In this document: positions 41,752 to 51,545 of the stretch, piece after piece | How positions within the stretch are numbered: the stretch's first letter is position 1 | Layout of the letters: each line of letters starts with the position of its first letter | Assembly: GCA_041752695.1 (NCBI GenBank) | Contig: JBGSVZ010000043.1 | Span: 32,001 to 96,000 of the forward strand | Reading direction: 5' to 3' | DNA: 64,000 bases | From: Terrimicrobiaceae bacterium | GTDB taxonomy: Bacteria > Verrucomicrobiota > Verrucomicrobiia > Chthoniobacterales > Terrimicrobiaceae | Notes under the pieces: generated by a model | The model's database searches: none | Told to the model about the DNA's origin: nothing | Seen by the model: only the letters and a program-made list of their open reading frames with translations | Position numbers and translations under genes: made by a program

Positions 41752-42201
41752 GTGTCGAATAACCCGGTGTACTCACTCTTCGCGACTCCAGGCAGCTTCG
41801 CGCCCTTTTTTCTCCGTCTGGCGGTGGCCACGATTTTCTTTTTTCACGGCGCGCAAAAAGCTTTCGGGTGGTTCGGCGGCGAGGGGTGGCACTCGACCAT
41901 TGCTTCCTGGAGTTCCCCGGACGGACCCGCTCTGCCCGCTGCTGTCACGGTCGCCTTGATCGTCGCCCAGCTGATGGTGCCCGTCGGGCTCGTCCTCGGT
42001 TTTCTCACCCGTCCGGCGGCGCTGGTGGTGGTGGTGATCATGGCGGGCGAACTCTACTACGTCTCCGGGGGCACCACATTCGATGCCGTCCAGCTTCCTT
42101 TGATGATTCTCTCCGCCGCACTCGCCCTGCTCTTTATTGGCGGCGGACATCTCTCCGTCGATCGCAGCATCGGAAAAAATCTTCTCCCCTACGTCGGGTA
42201 G
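41752..42201 (+). CDS. DoxX family membrane protein
   Basis: LRL..FFFHGAQKAFGWFGG.G, LGFLTRPAA, GGGHLSVD; start uncertain (41731-41752). Confidence 0.85.
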   Translation: MSNNPVYSLFATPGSFAPFFLRLAVATIFFFHGAQKAFGWFGGEGWHSTIASWSSPDGPALPAAVTVALIVAQLMVPVGLVLGFLTRPAALVVVVIMAGELYYVSGGTTFDAVQLPLMILSAALALLFIGGGHLSVDRSIGKNLLPYVG

Positions 42202-42213
42202 ATCGAAATACCG

Positions 42214-42244
42214 TTGACGAAAGGCGCCTTCCCCGCAATATTTT
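42214..42244 (+). promoter_or_regulatory. Putative sigma70 promoter of the tRNA gene
   Basis: TTGACG at 42214, AT-rich AATATTTT 17-19 nt later, about 10 nt before the tRNA. Confidence 0.5.
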
Positions 42245-42253
42245 CAGAACCAC

Positions 42254-42324
42254 GCGGGTATAGCTTAGTGGTAAAGTTCCTGCCTTCCAAGCAGGCCATG
42301 AGGGTTCGATTCCCTCTACCCGCT
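42254..42324 (+). tRNA. tRNA-Gly(TCC), CCA not encoded
   Basis: Acceptor GCGGGTA/TACCCGC, D-arm with TAGTGGTA loop, anticodon arm CCTGC-CTTCCAA-GCAGG, T-arm GAGGG-TTCGATT-CCCTC. Confidence 0.96.
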
Positions 42325-42451
42325 GGTTTTTTTGTGCCCAAAAATAATTGAGGAGATTCTGATTCTCCCATTCTCGGATAAAAAAGGCCGGACAGTTTTT
42401 TAACTCGTCCAATTCTCTGGCGTAAATGGGAATTTGCGTTCTAGTGGCCGA

Positions 42452-43474
42452 CTATGCCGATGCACGAATCACCAGCTTTGGCTGGACGACAATTGTGCGC
42501 TGATTAGTGGCGATGCGGCGGTCTGCGGCGACATCGAGTAAAAGACGAAGCGCTCCGGCGGCGTAGTCGTCGTGAGAGGGGTCGATGGTCGTCAGCGCGG
42601 GGGAAATGACGCTGGCAATATCGAGATTGTCATAGCCAATTACGGCCACATCTTCGGGAATTCGTTTTCCGGCTGCCTGAAGTTTGAGCATAAAGCGCGT
42701 TGCCCAGATGTCGTTGGAGGCAATGATGGAGTCCGCCCGGCACTTTCTCACCATAAAATCGATCCCGTTGTCCAGAATGGCGGGCGAGGGGGTAATTGTT
42801 TTTGCTCCCGCATCCCAGACAATCCCTTTGCAGGCATGGAGGGACAACCTTTGCAGAAAGGCGTTCCGTCGCCGCTCCATAAGTTCGTCGCCCGCACAAT
42901 TCCAAAGTGCGAGCGCCGGATTCCGTTTGCCCCCCGCGACTAGGTGATCCACACAAGCGTCGATGGCGGCTTCCGTGTCAACGCGCACGCAATACCCTCC
43001 TTTCCAGGCTGGGCGGGCGTGAAACACGACCTTGCGGAACCCGTGAAAACATTCCCTCACCCGCGCATCCCGGCCCGGTACCAAATCGAAGAGACAAAGC
43101 ACCGCCTCCACCGCCCGACCGGTAAAATCGGCCGCGTATTCCTGCAAGGCCTCCACCTGCCCGTGGGTTTGTCCGACCAGGAGTCGATACCCTTGCCGGC
43201 TGGCTGCGCTCTCCAGGGCAAACAGGCGCTGGCTCATCACCGCAACATTCTGCGTATCCAGAATGACTCCAATGGTTTTGCTGGAAACCCCGCGTAGCTG
43301 TTGCGCCTGGCGATTCGGGGTGTAGCGCAATTGGCTCGCCGCCGCTTCTATCCGCCGGCTGGTCGCTTCCGACACCCGTACCTGCTCACCCCCAGTGCCC
43401 AGCAGGACGCGGGCCACGGCGGATCGGGATACACCAGCCTCGCGTGCGATGTCGGATAAAGTGGCTCGCTTCAT
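42452..43474 (-). CDS. LacI-family transcriptional regulator
   Basis: TLSDIAREAGVS HTH, YTPN..A..L, SND, IPEDVAVIGYDN, PALTTI. Confidence 0.94.
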   Translation of the reverse strand: MKRATLSDIAREAGVSRSAVARVLLGTGGEQVRVSEATSRRIEAAASQLRYTPNRQAQQLRGVSSKTIGVILDTQNVAVMSQRLFALESAASRQGYRLLVGQTHGQVEALQEYAADFTGRAVEAVLCLFDLVPGRDARVRECFHGFRKVVFHARPAWKGGYCVRVDTEAAIDACVDHLVAGGKRNPALALWNCAGDELMERRRNAFLQRLSLHACKGIVWDAGAKTITPSPAILDNGIDFMVRKCRADSIIASNDIWATRFMLKLQAAGKRIPEDVAVIGYDNLDIASVISPALTTIDPSHDDYAAGALRLLLDVAADRRIATNQRTIVVQPKLVIRASA

Positions 43475-43536
43475 GAATTCCAAAGATCGGCATGCTGCCC
43501 AATCATGACGCGGCGCGAAAGGGTGGATCGTTGACG

Positions 43537-43581
43537 TTGACAGAATTCTTCATCCGGAACTATGATGTTACGAAACATCAT
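43537..43581 (+). promoter_or_regulatory. Sigma70 promoter with an overlapping palindromic operator upstream of nagB
   Basis: TTGACA (43537)-18 nt-TATGAT (43561); perfect inverted repeat ATGATGTT-ACGA-AACATCAT (43562-43581). Confidence 0.75.
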
Positions 43582-43584
43582 CCT

Positions 43585-44334
43585 ATGCAAATTACCACTT
43601 CTCCTTCTCGTGAATCCAATGGCCTCGCTGCGGCGGCCTTTGGTGCCAACCTCCTGCGTGCCACCCTGGCAGAGCGCGGTGAGGCGAACGTGATTGTGGC
43701 CACCGGGGCCTCGCAATTTGAAATGCTCGAAGCCCTGCTCCGCGAAAGCGGCATTGCCTGGGAGAAGGTGACGCTTTTTCATCTCGACGAATACGTCGGG
43801 GTGCCTGTGGCGCATCCGGCCTCGTTTCGCAAATATCTTTGGGAGCGCTTCCAAAGCAAATTGCCGGTGCCCGTCCGCGCTTTCCATTACGTTGCCGGCG
43901 ACGGAGATGCGGGGGCGGAATGTGAGCGACTGGGCGCGCTAATCGTGCAGCACCCGATTGACCTTTGTTTTGCCGGTATTGGGGAAAATGCGCACCTTGC
44001 GTTTAACGATCCTCCCGCGGATTTCGAAACAGAAAGACCCTATCTCGTGGTGAATCTCGACGAGGATTGCCGGCGGCAGCAATTTGGAGAGGGATGGTTC
44101 GCGACACTGGAAGAGGTCCCACGTCAGGCCATTTCGATGTCGATCCAGCAAATTCTCAAATCCCGCCACATTGTCATTACAGCGCCTGACGAACGCAAAG
44201 CCAAGGCTGTGCGGGACAGCCTGCAGGGCCCTGTGACAAATTTGGTCCCGTCCTCGATCCTGCAGGAACATCCGGCGACTCACATCTTCCTCGATCCGGC
44301 CTCAGCCTCCCTGCTTCGCGCTGCGACCGTCTGA
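43585..44334 (+). CDS. nagB: Glucosamine-6-phosphate deaminase family
   Basis: [29 protein letters not shown]; start MQITT. Confidence 0.9.
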   Translation: MQITTSPSRESNGLAAAAFGANLLRATLAERGEANVIVATGASQFEMLEALLRESGIAWEKVTLFHLDEYVGVPVAHPASFRKYLWERFQSKLPVPVRAFHYVAGDGDAGAECERLGALIVQHPIDLCFAGIGENAHLAFNDPPADFETERPYLVVNLDEDCRRQQFGEGWFATLEEVPRQAISMSIQQILKSRHIVITAPDERKAKAVRDSLQGPVTNLVPSSILQEHPATHIFLDPASASLLRAATV

Positions 44335-44346
44335 TCAGGACCAGCC

Positions 44347-45258
44347 ATGGGCTTTTTTGACATTCAGGTCAACGGGTATGGCGGTGTGGATTTTAATCAG
44401 GACGATCTGACGGCGGAGGACTTGCAAGCCTGCTGTCGTCGGCTACGCGACGATGGCGTGGACGGCATCCTCGCCACGATCATCACGGAAGCCCCGGAAA
44501 AAATGATTGGGCGTCTCGCCCGTCTCGTGACTCTGCGGGAGAACAACCCTCTCGCCACAGAAATGATCGCCGGTTTCCATGTGGAGGGTCCCTTCCTCAG
44601 CCCCAAGGACGGCTATCGGGGCGCCCATCCCCTGGATGCGATTTGTCCTGCCAGTCGGGACCTTGCGCTTCAGTTGATCGAAGCGGGCAGTGGACTGGTG
44701 CGAATTGTCACGCTCGCTCCGGAACAGGATCCGGGTAATCGCGTTACACGATGGCTCGCCGACGAAGGTGTGGTGGTGGCGGCTGGGCATACAGATGCGA
44801 GCCTGGATCAACTGCGTTCGGCGATCGATTGTGGCCTCAGCATGATGACCCACCTGGGCAATGGCTGCCCGATGGTGGTGCCCCGTCACGACAACATCAT
44901 CCAGCGTGCGCTCTTTCTTCGGGAACACCTCTGGCTGAGTTTTATCGCCGACGGAGTGCATATTCCCTATCCGACGTTGCGCAACTACCTTGATCTTGCG
45001 GGAGAAAAAGCCCTCGTCACGACCGACGCGATGGCTGCCGCCGGACTCGGCCCGGGCAGGCATCGCATCAGTCGCTGGATCATTCTGGTGAAGGAAGATC
45101 TTGCAGCGTGGGCTCCCGATGGCTCGCACCTTGTTGGTTCGGCCATGGCCATGAACCGCGTGGCGCGGAATCTTGTGGAGAAGGTCGGCTTGCGTGAAGA
45201 GGTGGTGAGAGCGCTGACGGACGAAAGGCCGCGGTTAGCGCTTGGGCTTTTGTCCTAG
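44347..45258 (+). CDS. nagA: N-acetylglucosamine-6-phosphate deacetylase family
   Basis: DIQVNGYGG, HVEGPF, GAH, TLAPE, GHT, THLGNG, IADGVH, TDAM. Confidence 0.9.
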   Translation: MGFFDIQVNGYGGVDFNQDDLTAEDLQACCRRLRDDGVDGILATIITEAPEKMIGRLARLVTLRENNPLATEMIAGFHVEGPFLSPKDGYRGAHPLDAICPASRDLALQLIEAGSGLVRIVTLAPEQDPGNRVTRWLADEGVVVAAGHTDASLDQLRSAIDCGLSMMTHLGNGCPMVVPRHDNIIQRALFLREHLWLSFIADGVHIPYPTLRNYLDLAGEKALVTTDAMAAAGLGPGRHRISRWIILVKEDLAAWAPDGSHLVGSAMAMNRVARNLVEKVGLREEVVRALTDERPRLALGLLS

Positions 45259-45277
45259 ACATTTCCGCCGGGCATCC

Positions 45278-45328
45278 CCGTTTCGCGGGAAAGCGAAACG
45301 GCCAGTCGCTGTGAAGCGACTGGCCGTT
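45278..45328. terminator. Two overlapping hairpins between convergent genes (possible bidirectional terminator or REP)
   Basis: CCGTTTCGC-GGGAAA-GCGAAACGG (45278-45301) and AACGGCCAGTCGCT-GTGA-AGCGACTGGCCGTT (45297-45328); no long U-tract. Confidence 0.5.
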
Positions 45329-45371
45329 GGCTTGATTGTTCTGAATCACCAATCCCGCGGAGCGGAGAATC

Positions 45372-46781
45372 TTACCTCGCTCGGCGGCGAATCACCATCA
45401 TCACGGTCAATCCTCCTGCGAGCAATGTCCACGCGGCCGGCTCCGGCACGGCTTTCAAGACGAGATCGTTGCCCCCGGCCATGGAACCCGACGAAACGTC
45501 GCCGACGTAGCTAATTTGGAATTGCTGACCACTCAGGGTGAACACCGCGTCCTGCACGAGGCTGGTTGTGACGCCATTCAACTCTTCAAAGACACCGCTG
45601 ATGGCGCTGCTGCCTTGGTTGTCTACGAGGAAAAAGAGAGTATCCGCGGCGGGAGCGTAGGTGAGGGAAAGGACCAGGTTATTGGTCCCGGTGAGAGAAA
45701 ACACCGAAGCGCCGCCCGACATCAGGATCTGGTCGTATTGCGAGGCCACGGTCGCACCGGTCAGTTCAAATCCCGCTGCACCGCCGGCCGCGATGGTCAC
45801 GGAGTTGGTGACGGTAAGGCGACCTGGGGAAGTTCCTGGCGCAATCTGTCCACCGGAATTCACGGTAACAGCTCCGCCGATCGTTCCTGAGCCAGCGAGT
45901 ATGCCTGTGCCGCCCACGGCCACAGCGGTGTTGCCGAGAGAGCCTGCGATCAGGAGGGTTCCCGCCGTCACAGAAGTCGCGCCAGTGTAGGAGTTTGAGC
46001 CGGAGAGGGTGAGGGTGCTGATGCCGGATTTGGTGAGCTGGACCGTGCCGGCGCCATTGATGATTGTTCCGGCGTAGGAGCCATCAACCGTGCCAGACAC
46101 GCTGAGGTGCCCTGTTGTGCTGGCTTTGTTCGCTTGGATGGTTCCCGTGGCCCCACTGAGGCGATTTACAGTTATCAGATTAGTCGTTCCGCTGTTGGTG
46201 CCATTCGCTCCTGAACCGGCGGTGAGGTTCACTGTTCCACCGCTCATCGCCAAGGAGCCTAGATTGACCGTGCCCCCGCTCGAAAAGTTCACGAACTCCA
46301 GTGTGCTGCTGACTGCGGTAGTCCCGGAGACTGAAACACCACCGATTTCACTATTTACGCCTGTGTTCCCTCGAGAACCGAACAGCACTTGACTGGCGAC
46401 CGTCATGTTGCCCTGCACTGTCAAAGCGCCAGCGTTTCGAAAGGTGAGGGTCCCTGCACCAGCCTGAGTGGTAAGATTGCCCGTGTTGCCAGCAGAGTTC
46501 GTTATTGTCAGATTGTCGGGATTCATCGAGACGATCACGTTTGATGTTCGGGTCATGGTGAACTCGCCGATCGTTCGATTGCTGCCCAAACTGGGCGAAC
46601 CGCTCGTTCCCGCATCCGACCAAAGGACACTTTGACTCGACGAAGGCAGTGCACCCGAGCTCCAATTGGAAGTAGTGCCCCAGCTTCCGGTTGTTCCGAT
46701 CCAGGTGACCGTTTGACCAATTGAAGAGGCCAGGCAGCCAGCAAATGCTATGGTGAGGAGAATTCCGGTTTTGAGTTTCAT
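45372..46781 (-). CDS. PEP-CTERM surface protein with autotransporter-associated beta-strand repeat
   Basis: Signal peptide; LTKSGISTLTLSGSNSYTGATSVTAGTL; C-terminal VPEP-TM-RRRAR. Confidence 0.93.
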   Translation of the reverse strand: MKLKTGILLTIAFAGCLASSIGQTVTWIGTTGSWGTTSNWSSGALPSSSQSVLWSDAGTSGSPSLGSNRTIGEFTMTRTSNVIVSMNPDNLTITNSAGNTGNLTTQAGAGTLTFRNAGALTVQGNMTVASQVLFGSRGNTGVNSEIGGVSVSGTTAVSSTLEFVNFSSGGTVNLGSLAMSGGTVNLTAGSGANGTNSGTTNLITVNRLSGATGTIQANKASTTGHLSVSGTVDGSYAGTIINGAGTVQLTKSGISTLTLSGSNSYTGATSVTAGTLLIAGSLGNTAVAVGGTGILAGSGTIGGAVTVNSGGQIAPGTSPGRLTVTNSVTIAAGGAAGFELTGATVASQYDQILMSGGASVFSLTGTNNLVLSLTYAPAADTLFFLVDNQGSSAISGVFEELNGVTTSLVQDAVFTLSGQQFQISYVGDVSSGSMAGGNDLVLKAVPEPAAWTLLAGGLTVMMVIRRRAR

Positions 46782-46976
46782 AAAAAGTGGTGGTTTTGCG
46801 AGGGGTGTCGTTAATTCCTCAGTGAATTCAAGCGGATTGTCAACGATTTATCCAGTTGTGCGGTATAATAGTCCATTGGTGCCCAGTGAGTAGCACGTTA
46901 TATGCCACCTTTTCCTAAAAGCGGGCGTCAGCAATACTTGACGGAAAAATACACCGAGGCATTATGGCCTAGGATT

Positions 46977-47846
46977 ATGGATAGCGAACTACAACGTCTG
47001 GTGATGGCAGTGGGTGCTCACGCAGACGATCTGGAGGTGAGTGTGGGGGGCACCTTGTTGAAATACCGAGATCTTGGGTATGACGTTCTGTACGTGATGG
47101 CGACAAACAACATGTCGGGTGTGACGGTTCTTAAAGAGTCGGATGATTCATTCCGGCGAGTCCGCGAGGCTCCACGGGAACATATGGCCCGCCGGAAGCG
47201 GGAATGCGCCTCAGCGGCTGCGGTCTTGGGAACGGAGGCGGTCCATCTCGACCACCCGCAACGCCACCACAATACCGGGAATGGCAACGAAATCGCCGAA
47301 GTTCGCTATGGAAGCTTGCTTCCCGAAGGGGTGGCGCAAAACGTCCCCTCCATTCTGACGGCCTGTGAGGACAAGGGGGCGATCGGGCGCCTAGCCGATT
47401 TGATTTTGGAGCGGGATCCGGAGATTATTCTGACACACGGGGTGGCTCAGAGAAACATTGAGCACTTCGCGACCTGTCTTCTTGTCACAAACGCGTTTTG
47501 GAGCGCCGTCGAGCGTGGTTATGCGGGGGGCTTGCTGCATTGGCGGGAGGCTATGACCCTGCACGGCGACTATAACACCCGCTGGGAGACGCATGTGAAA
47601 TGCGATGGCTACCTGGATGCAAAGATGGCTCTCATCGGAAAACACGCCTGTCAGATGCCCACCGCCCACCTCCCGACCCACGGGCATCGGCAACTGTCCG
47701 ATTGGCGGGGAAAATTGGCAGGGTGCGAAACCGCGGAATTTTTCACCTGGGTGAGGCGGCCAGCCCGGGCTTCGACCAAAATCACCGGAAGTTACGCCCC
47801 GCTTTATGGGGAACTCACCATGGAGTTGCTCCAAAATACCCAATGA
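46977..47846 (+). CDS. PIG-L/LmbE-family N-deacetylase
   Basis: GAHADDLE, R..E..AA..LG, ILTH..IEH, KMALIGKHACQ. Confidence 0.85.
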   Translation: MDSELQRLVMAVGAHADDLEVSVGGTLLKYRDLGYDVLYVMATNNMSGVTVLKESDDSFRRVREAPREHMARRKRECASAAAVLGTEAVHLDHPQRHHNTGNGNEIAEVRYGSLLPEGVAQNVPSILTACEDKGAIGRLADLILERDPEIILTHGVAQRNIEHFATCLLVTNAFWSAVERGYAGGLLHWREAMTLHGDYNTRWETHVKCDGYLDAKMALIGKHACQMPTAHLPTHGHRQLSDWRGKLAGCETAEFFTWVRRPARASTKITGSYAPLYGELTMELLQNTQ

Positions 47847-48874
47847 GCGCGGCGGCTGCGGCGGCCGGTCTTGCTTCTGACCAATTGATGTCGGGCCTTG
47901 AGCTTCTTCCGGAACTAGGGTTTTCCATAGAAGTGATCAAGCAGCTTAGAGCTGCGGCAGCGGAGCCGCCCGGGTTGCTGGAGACAGCCTTAGACGTGGT
48001 TGAGGCGCTTCCGTCGGCCGTGCGGCACCACGCCGATCTGGGGATTCCGTTTGACGTGACCGCCAGGACACTGCGCGACTTGGATCGACGCATCCACGAG
48101 TATCATGAACGGCATGGGGTGTGGGGTTTTGACCGCCAAAAATGGATGCAGAACCATCTGCAGGGGGCGCTTTTTGAAATAGGCCGGCTGCAATATGTTC
48201 CGGGTCGCTGGAGGGAAAGTTTTGATCTTTATCGGGGACAAGAACCTCAAGGCGTTTGGGCCGTGGCGGATGCCGGTCTTTGGTGTGACGGGGCGGGTAG
48301 ACCGACTTGCGAGAATGGCGACTTTCGGACGATCAAGGAGGAATGCGAAGGGGGTGTTTGTGGTCATCTGGCCGAACCTTATACTGGCCTGGTGTCGCGC
48401 TATCCCGTAAGTTTGCCGCAGTGGACGCGCGCGGCTGGCAAAGGAGATACCGTGTTGCAGGTCCATATTCCGTCTGGGCCGAATTTCACGCCGGAGGCCT
48501 GCGCGGAGTCACTGCGCGAGGCGAGACAGTTTTTTCAGCGCCATTTCCCCGAGAAATCCTTCAGGGCGATAAGTTGCCGTACCTGGCTGCTGGACCCCGC
48601 GCTCCGGGGGATCCTGCCGAAAGATTCCAATATTTCTCAGTTCAGCCGTCTCTTTCGTCCGCTGGTCGTCGCTGGGGCTGATGACGCGCAGCATATTGAG
48701 AGGATCTTTGGGCTCGGTGCAGACTGGAAAAACTTAAAACCTCATACCCGCTTACAAAAGGCGGCGAAGGATTTCCTGATGCAGGGCGGTCGATTTCACC
48801 TATCGTCGGGATTTCTGCTTTGGGATGACCCATGGTTTACGGGAAATACCCCGTTGTATCAAAATGTTCACTGA
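47843..48874 (+). CDS. Putative acyltransferase (GNAT-like C-terminal/DUF5596-type)
   Basis: ATGA overlap; FEIGRLQY, LQVHIP, CRTWLLDP..SNI..F, TRLQK. Confidence 0.75.
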   Translation: MSAAAAAAGLASDQLMSGLELLPELGFSIEVIKQLRAAAAEPPGLLETALDVVEALPSAVRHHADLGIPFDVTARTLRDLDRRIHEYHERHGVWGFDRQKWMQNHLQGALFEIGRLQYVPGRWRESFDLYRGQEPQGVWAVADAGLWCDGAGRPTCENGDFRTIKEECEGGVCGHLAEPYTGLVSRYPVSLPQWTRAAGKGDTVLQVHIPSGPNFTPEACAESLREARQFFQRHFPEKSFRAISCRTWLLDPALRGILPKDSNISQFSRLFRPLVVAGADDAQHIERIFGLGADWKNLKPHTRLQKAAKDFLMQGGRFHLSSGFLLWDDPWFTGNTPLYQNVH

Positions 48875-48980
48875 TGGACGAAAAGACACAGTAGGCATTG
48901 GCAAAAACCGTGTATGATGGGAAATATACCGGTGAATTTTTCTTGCCGGGAATGAATCGACTGACCATGGTGAAAAGATC

Positions 48981-51545
48981 ATGAGGCGATTTTTTGCGGT
49001 CTTTCTGGGCATGTCAGCATGGTGTCTTGGGGCAGGTGCGGTGGAGGTGGTGAATGACGGCAAAGTGGCTTTGCCGATTGTGGTTTCGGATAAAGCTCCC
49101 GAATCGACCCGGCAGGCGGCGGAGCAACTAGCCAAGGTGTTGGGCCAAATCTCGGGTGTGACGCCGGAGGTGGTCCATGCCCTGCCAGAAGGGGCCAGAG
49201 GAGCGATTTGGGTGGGCTACGATGAAAAGCTGGCCAAGATATTTCCGGGAGTTGATCTTTCGTGGAAGCATCCGGAAGAAATTCTCATTCTCAGCCGTGG
49301 CGGGAATGTCGCGCTTCTCGGCCGGGACCGTCAGGTTGAAGGGATTGAGACCGAAGCGGGCACGGCCAACGCGGTCTTCACCTTCCTGCAAAAAAATCTC
49401 GGGGTGCGCTGGCTCTGGCCTGGGGCGCTCGGTGAGGACTATCCATCAAACCCAACCGTATCGGTGGCCGATCAGGAATATCGGTTTCATCCTCTTTTTG
49501 TGCAGCGCTCCGTTTTTCGGAATCTCCACAAAAGCTCCCTGGGCAATCCAGCAACTCTGTGGTGCCTGCGCGAACGCATCTATTATGACTCCTTTGATTT
49601 TCCGGCAGGCCACGCCTTTGGCGATTGGTGGGAAAAATATGGCAAGGACCATCCGGAGTATTTCGCGCTCCAGCCGGACGGAACCCGGGGCACCTTTCCG
49701 GCACGCAGCAACCGGAAAAAACTCTGTGAATCCAATCCCGCCGTCTGGCAGCAATGGCTGCTTGATGCCGCGGCGGAACTCGCGGCGAATCCGGCTCAAC
49801 GTGTCATCAATGGTTCGCCGAACGACAGCGCCAACTCGGGCATTTGCGTGGATCCCAACTGCAAAGCCTGGGACCATCCCAAAGGCAAACTTTGGCGTTA
49901 CGAATGGGCTGGGATGGTTAAAGAGGAACCCGCCATGACGAATCGCTATGTGACGTTCTGGAACCATTTGGCCGGACTTTTGAAGGAAAAATTTCCCAAG
50001 AAGGATGTCTATGTCGGCGGAATGGCCTATGGCCCTTCGAAGCCGCCGCCCATTGACCTCAAAGTCGCTGATAACATCGCGATTGGGTACGTCGGCCATC
50101 TTCCCATGCTCGACGACCGGCGCCGTCACGAAGAATATGCGGAAATCGCAGAGTGGGGAAAAGCGACCAACAACCTGTTCTTCCGGCCAAACATTGCGCT
50201 GTATTCCGGTGGCTTCCACGCTATTCCCTCAGTCACTTTTAAAAACACCATCGCGGATTTTCGATTCCTGGCGGAGAACAACTGCCGGGGACTCATCATT
50301 GATACGCTGCCTGATCATTGGGGCACCCAGGGACCGATGTATTATCTGATGGCGCAGTTGGCTTGGGACCCTCTGCAGGACGGGGAGGCTGTGCTGGCCG
50401 ACTATTATGCTCGAGCCTTTGGTCCCGCGGCGAAACCGATGCGCGCCTATTTCGATGTGATGGAGGCCGCGCATCAGGCGATTATCGAACGTCCGGATTG
50501 GATTCACTCCGGTCGCATGGCAAAGCCGCTTTCCGAGTTCATGATTGCGGAAGCCTTCTCCCCCGATGTCCTGGCCAAAGGGCGGGTGCATCTCAAGGAA
50601 GCGGCGGAACTGGCGGCGGGTAATCCCAAGTATACCGAGCGGGTGAAATTCTTTAGCAAAGGGGTGGATTTTACCGAGCAACTTATTGCCACGATGAAAG
50701 TGATGAACCGGGTGCGGGAGTCCGGCGGGAAAGACTTGGAAGCCGTGGCTGAGGCCCAACAGTTGGTTGCCGCGCGGGAGGCTTTCTTTGACGCCGAGGA
50801 TGCTTATGCAAAAAAGACGGGCGGGATCCCCCCGATTTCCGCCCATCGCTTCAGGGTCACGTATACTCAAACCCGGAACATGTTCGACCACCTTGGGCCG
50901 GTTTCCGAGGTCTTTCTCGAAGCAGCAGCCGCCGAGAAAGCCAATCCCACCCGGACGGGCAAAACGTCCGGTGAGGAAAAAAAATCCCCTTCGGGCGAGG
51001 CCGCGACCGGCGGAACCGATTTTCGCTGGACGGGCAGGGCAGGGAACGGACTGTGGGACACTCCAGAAAATTGGGAAGTGCGCACGGAGAAGGGCTGGAA
51101 TCCCGCGAAAAATCCACCCGGTAAGGGCAGCACTGTCTTTCTGGGCAATGAAGCGGACGTCGCCAAACGTGAGCTTAACCTCACGGCCAATGTCGAGTTG
51201 GCGAGAGTGTTTATCACCTCCAAGGATCCCAAAGGCGCTTATGTGATCCAGACCCGGCCCGATGCGGACACCGAGGGGTTGGATTCCGATAGCGGCATGC
51301 TCTTTACCCTCACTCTGAGTGATCCCATGCCGATCCAGCAGGAGCCAGGCACCGGCGCTGCCCTTGCAGTTCGATCCAAGCTAGCCCTAACAGGCGGGCC
51401 AACCCCTTTGGTTCGCCTCGACAGCACCAGTGGAGCCGTCGTGGAAATCTCCGGTCAGATTATCGAGGGGATGCCCCAGGAAAAACGGAGTGGCGGGGTT
51501 TCGAAGGGTAAACTTGTGATCGGCTCTCCTGCCAAACCGCTCTAA
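48981..51545 (+). CDS. Secreted DUF4838-type glycoside-hydrolase-like protein with C-terminal extension
   Basis: Signal peptide; AAEQL..L.QISG, LGVRWLWPG, HPEYFAL, LCESNP, SPND, AYGP, AQLAWDP, YYARAFGPAA. Confidence 0.8.
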   Translation: MRRFFAVFLGMSAWCLGAGAVEVVNDGKVALPIVVSDKAPESTRQAAEQLAKVLGQISGVTPEVVHALPEGARGAIWVGYDEKLAKIFPGVDLSWKHPEEILILSRGGNVALLGRDRQVEGIETEAGTANAVFTFLQKNLGVRWLWPGALGEDYPSNPTVSVADQEYRFHPLFVQRSVFRNLHKSSLGNPATLWCLRERIYYDSFDFPAGHAFGDWWEKYGKDHPEYFALQPDGTRGTFPARSNRKKLCESNPAVWQQWLLDAAAELAANPAQRVINGSPNDSANSGICVDPNCKAWDHPKGKLWRYEWAGMVKEEPAMTNRYVTFWNHLAGLLKEKFPKKDVYVGGMAYGPSKPPPIDLKVADNIAIGYVGHLPMLDDRRRHEEYAEIAEWGKATNNLFFRPNIALYSGGFHAIPSVTFKNTIADFRFLAENNCRGLIIDTLPDHWGTQGPMYYLMAQLAWDPLQDGEAVLADYYARAFGPAAKPMRAYFDVMEAAHQAIIERPDWIHSGRMAKPLSEFMIAEAFSPDVLAKGRVHLKEAAELAAGNPKYTERVKFFSKGVDFTEQLIATMKVMNRVRESGGKDLEAVAEAQQLVAAREAFFDAEDAYAKKTGGIPPISAHRFRVTYTQTRNMFDHLGPVSEVFLEAAAAEKANPTRTGKTSGEEKKSPSGEAATGGTDFRWTGRAGNGLWDTPENWEVRTEKGWNPAKNPPGKGSTVFLGNEADVAKRELNLTANVELARVFITSKDPKGAYVIQTRPDADTEGLDSDSGMLFTLTLSDPMPIQQEPGTGAALAVRSKLALTGGPTPLVRLDSTSGAVVEISGQIIEGMPQEKRSGGVSKGKLVIGSPAKPL

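Noticed and set aside
42134..42412. Short ORFs across the tRNA
   Set aside because: The tRNA-Gly cloverleaf explains the sequence
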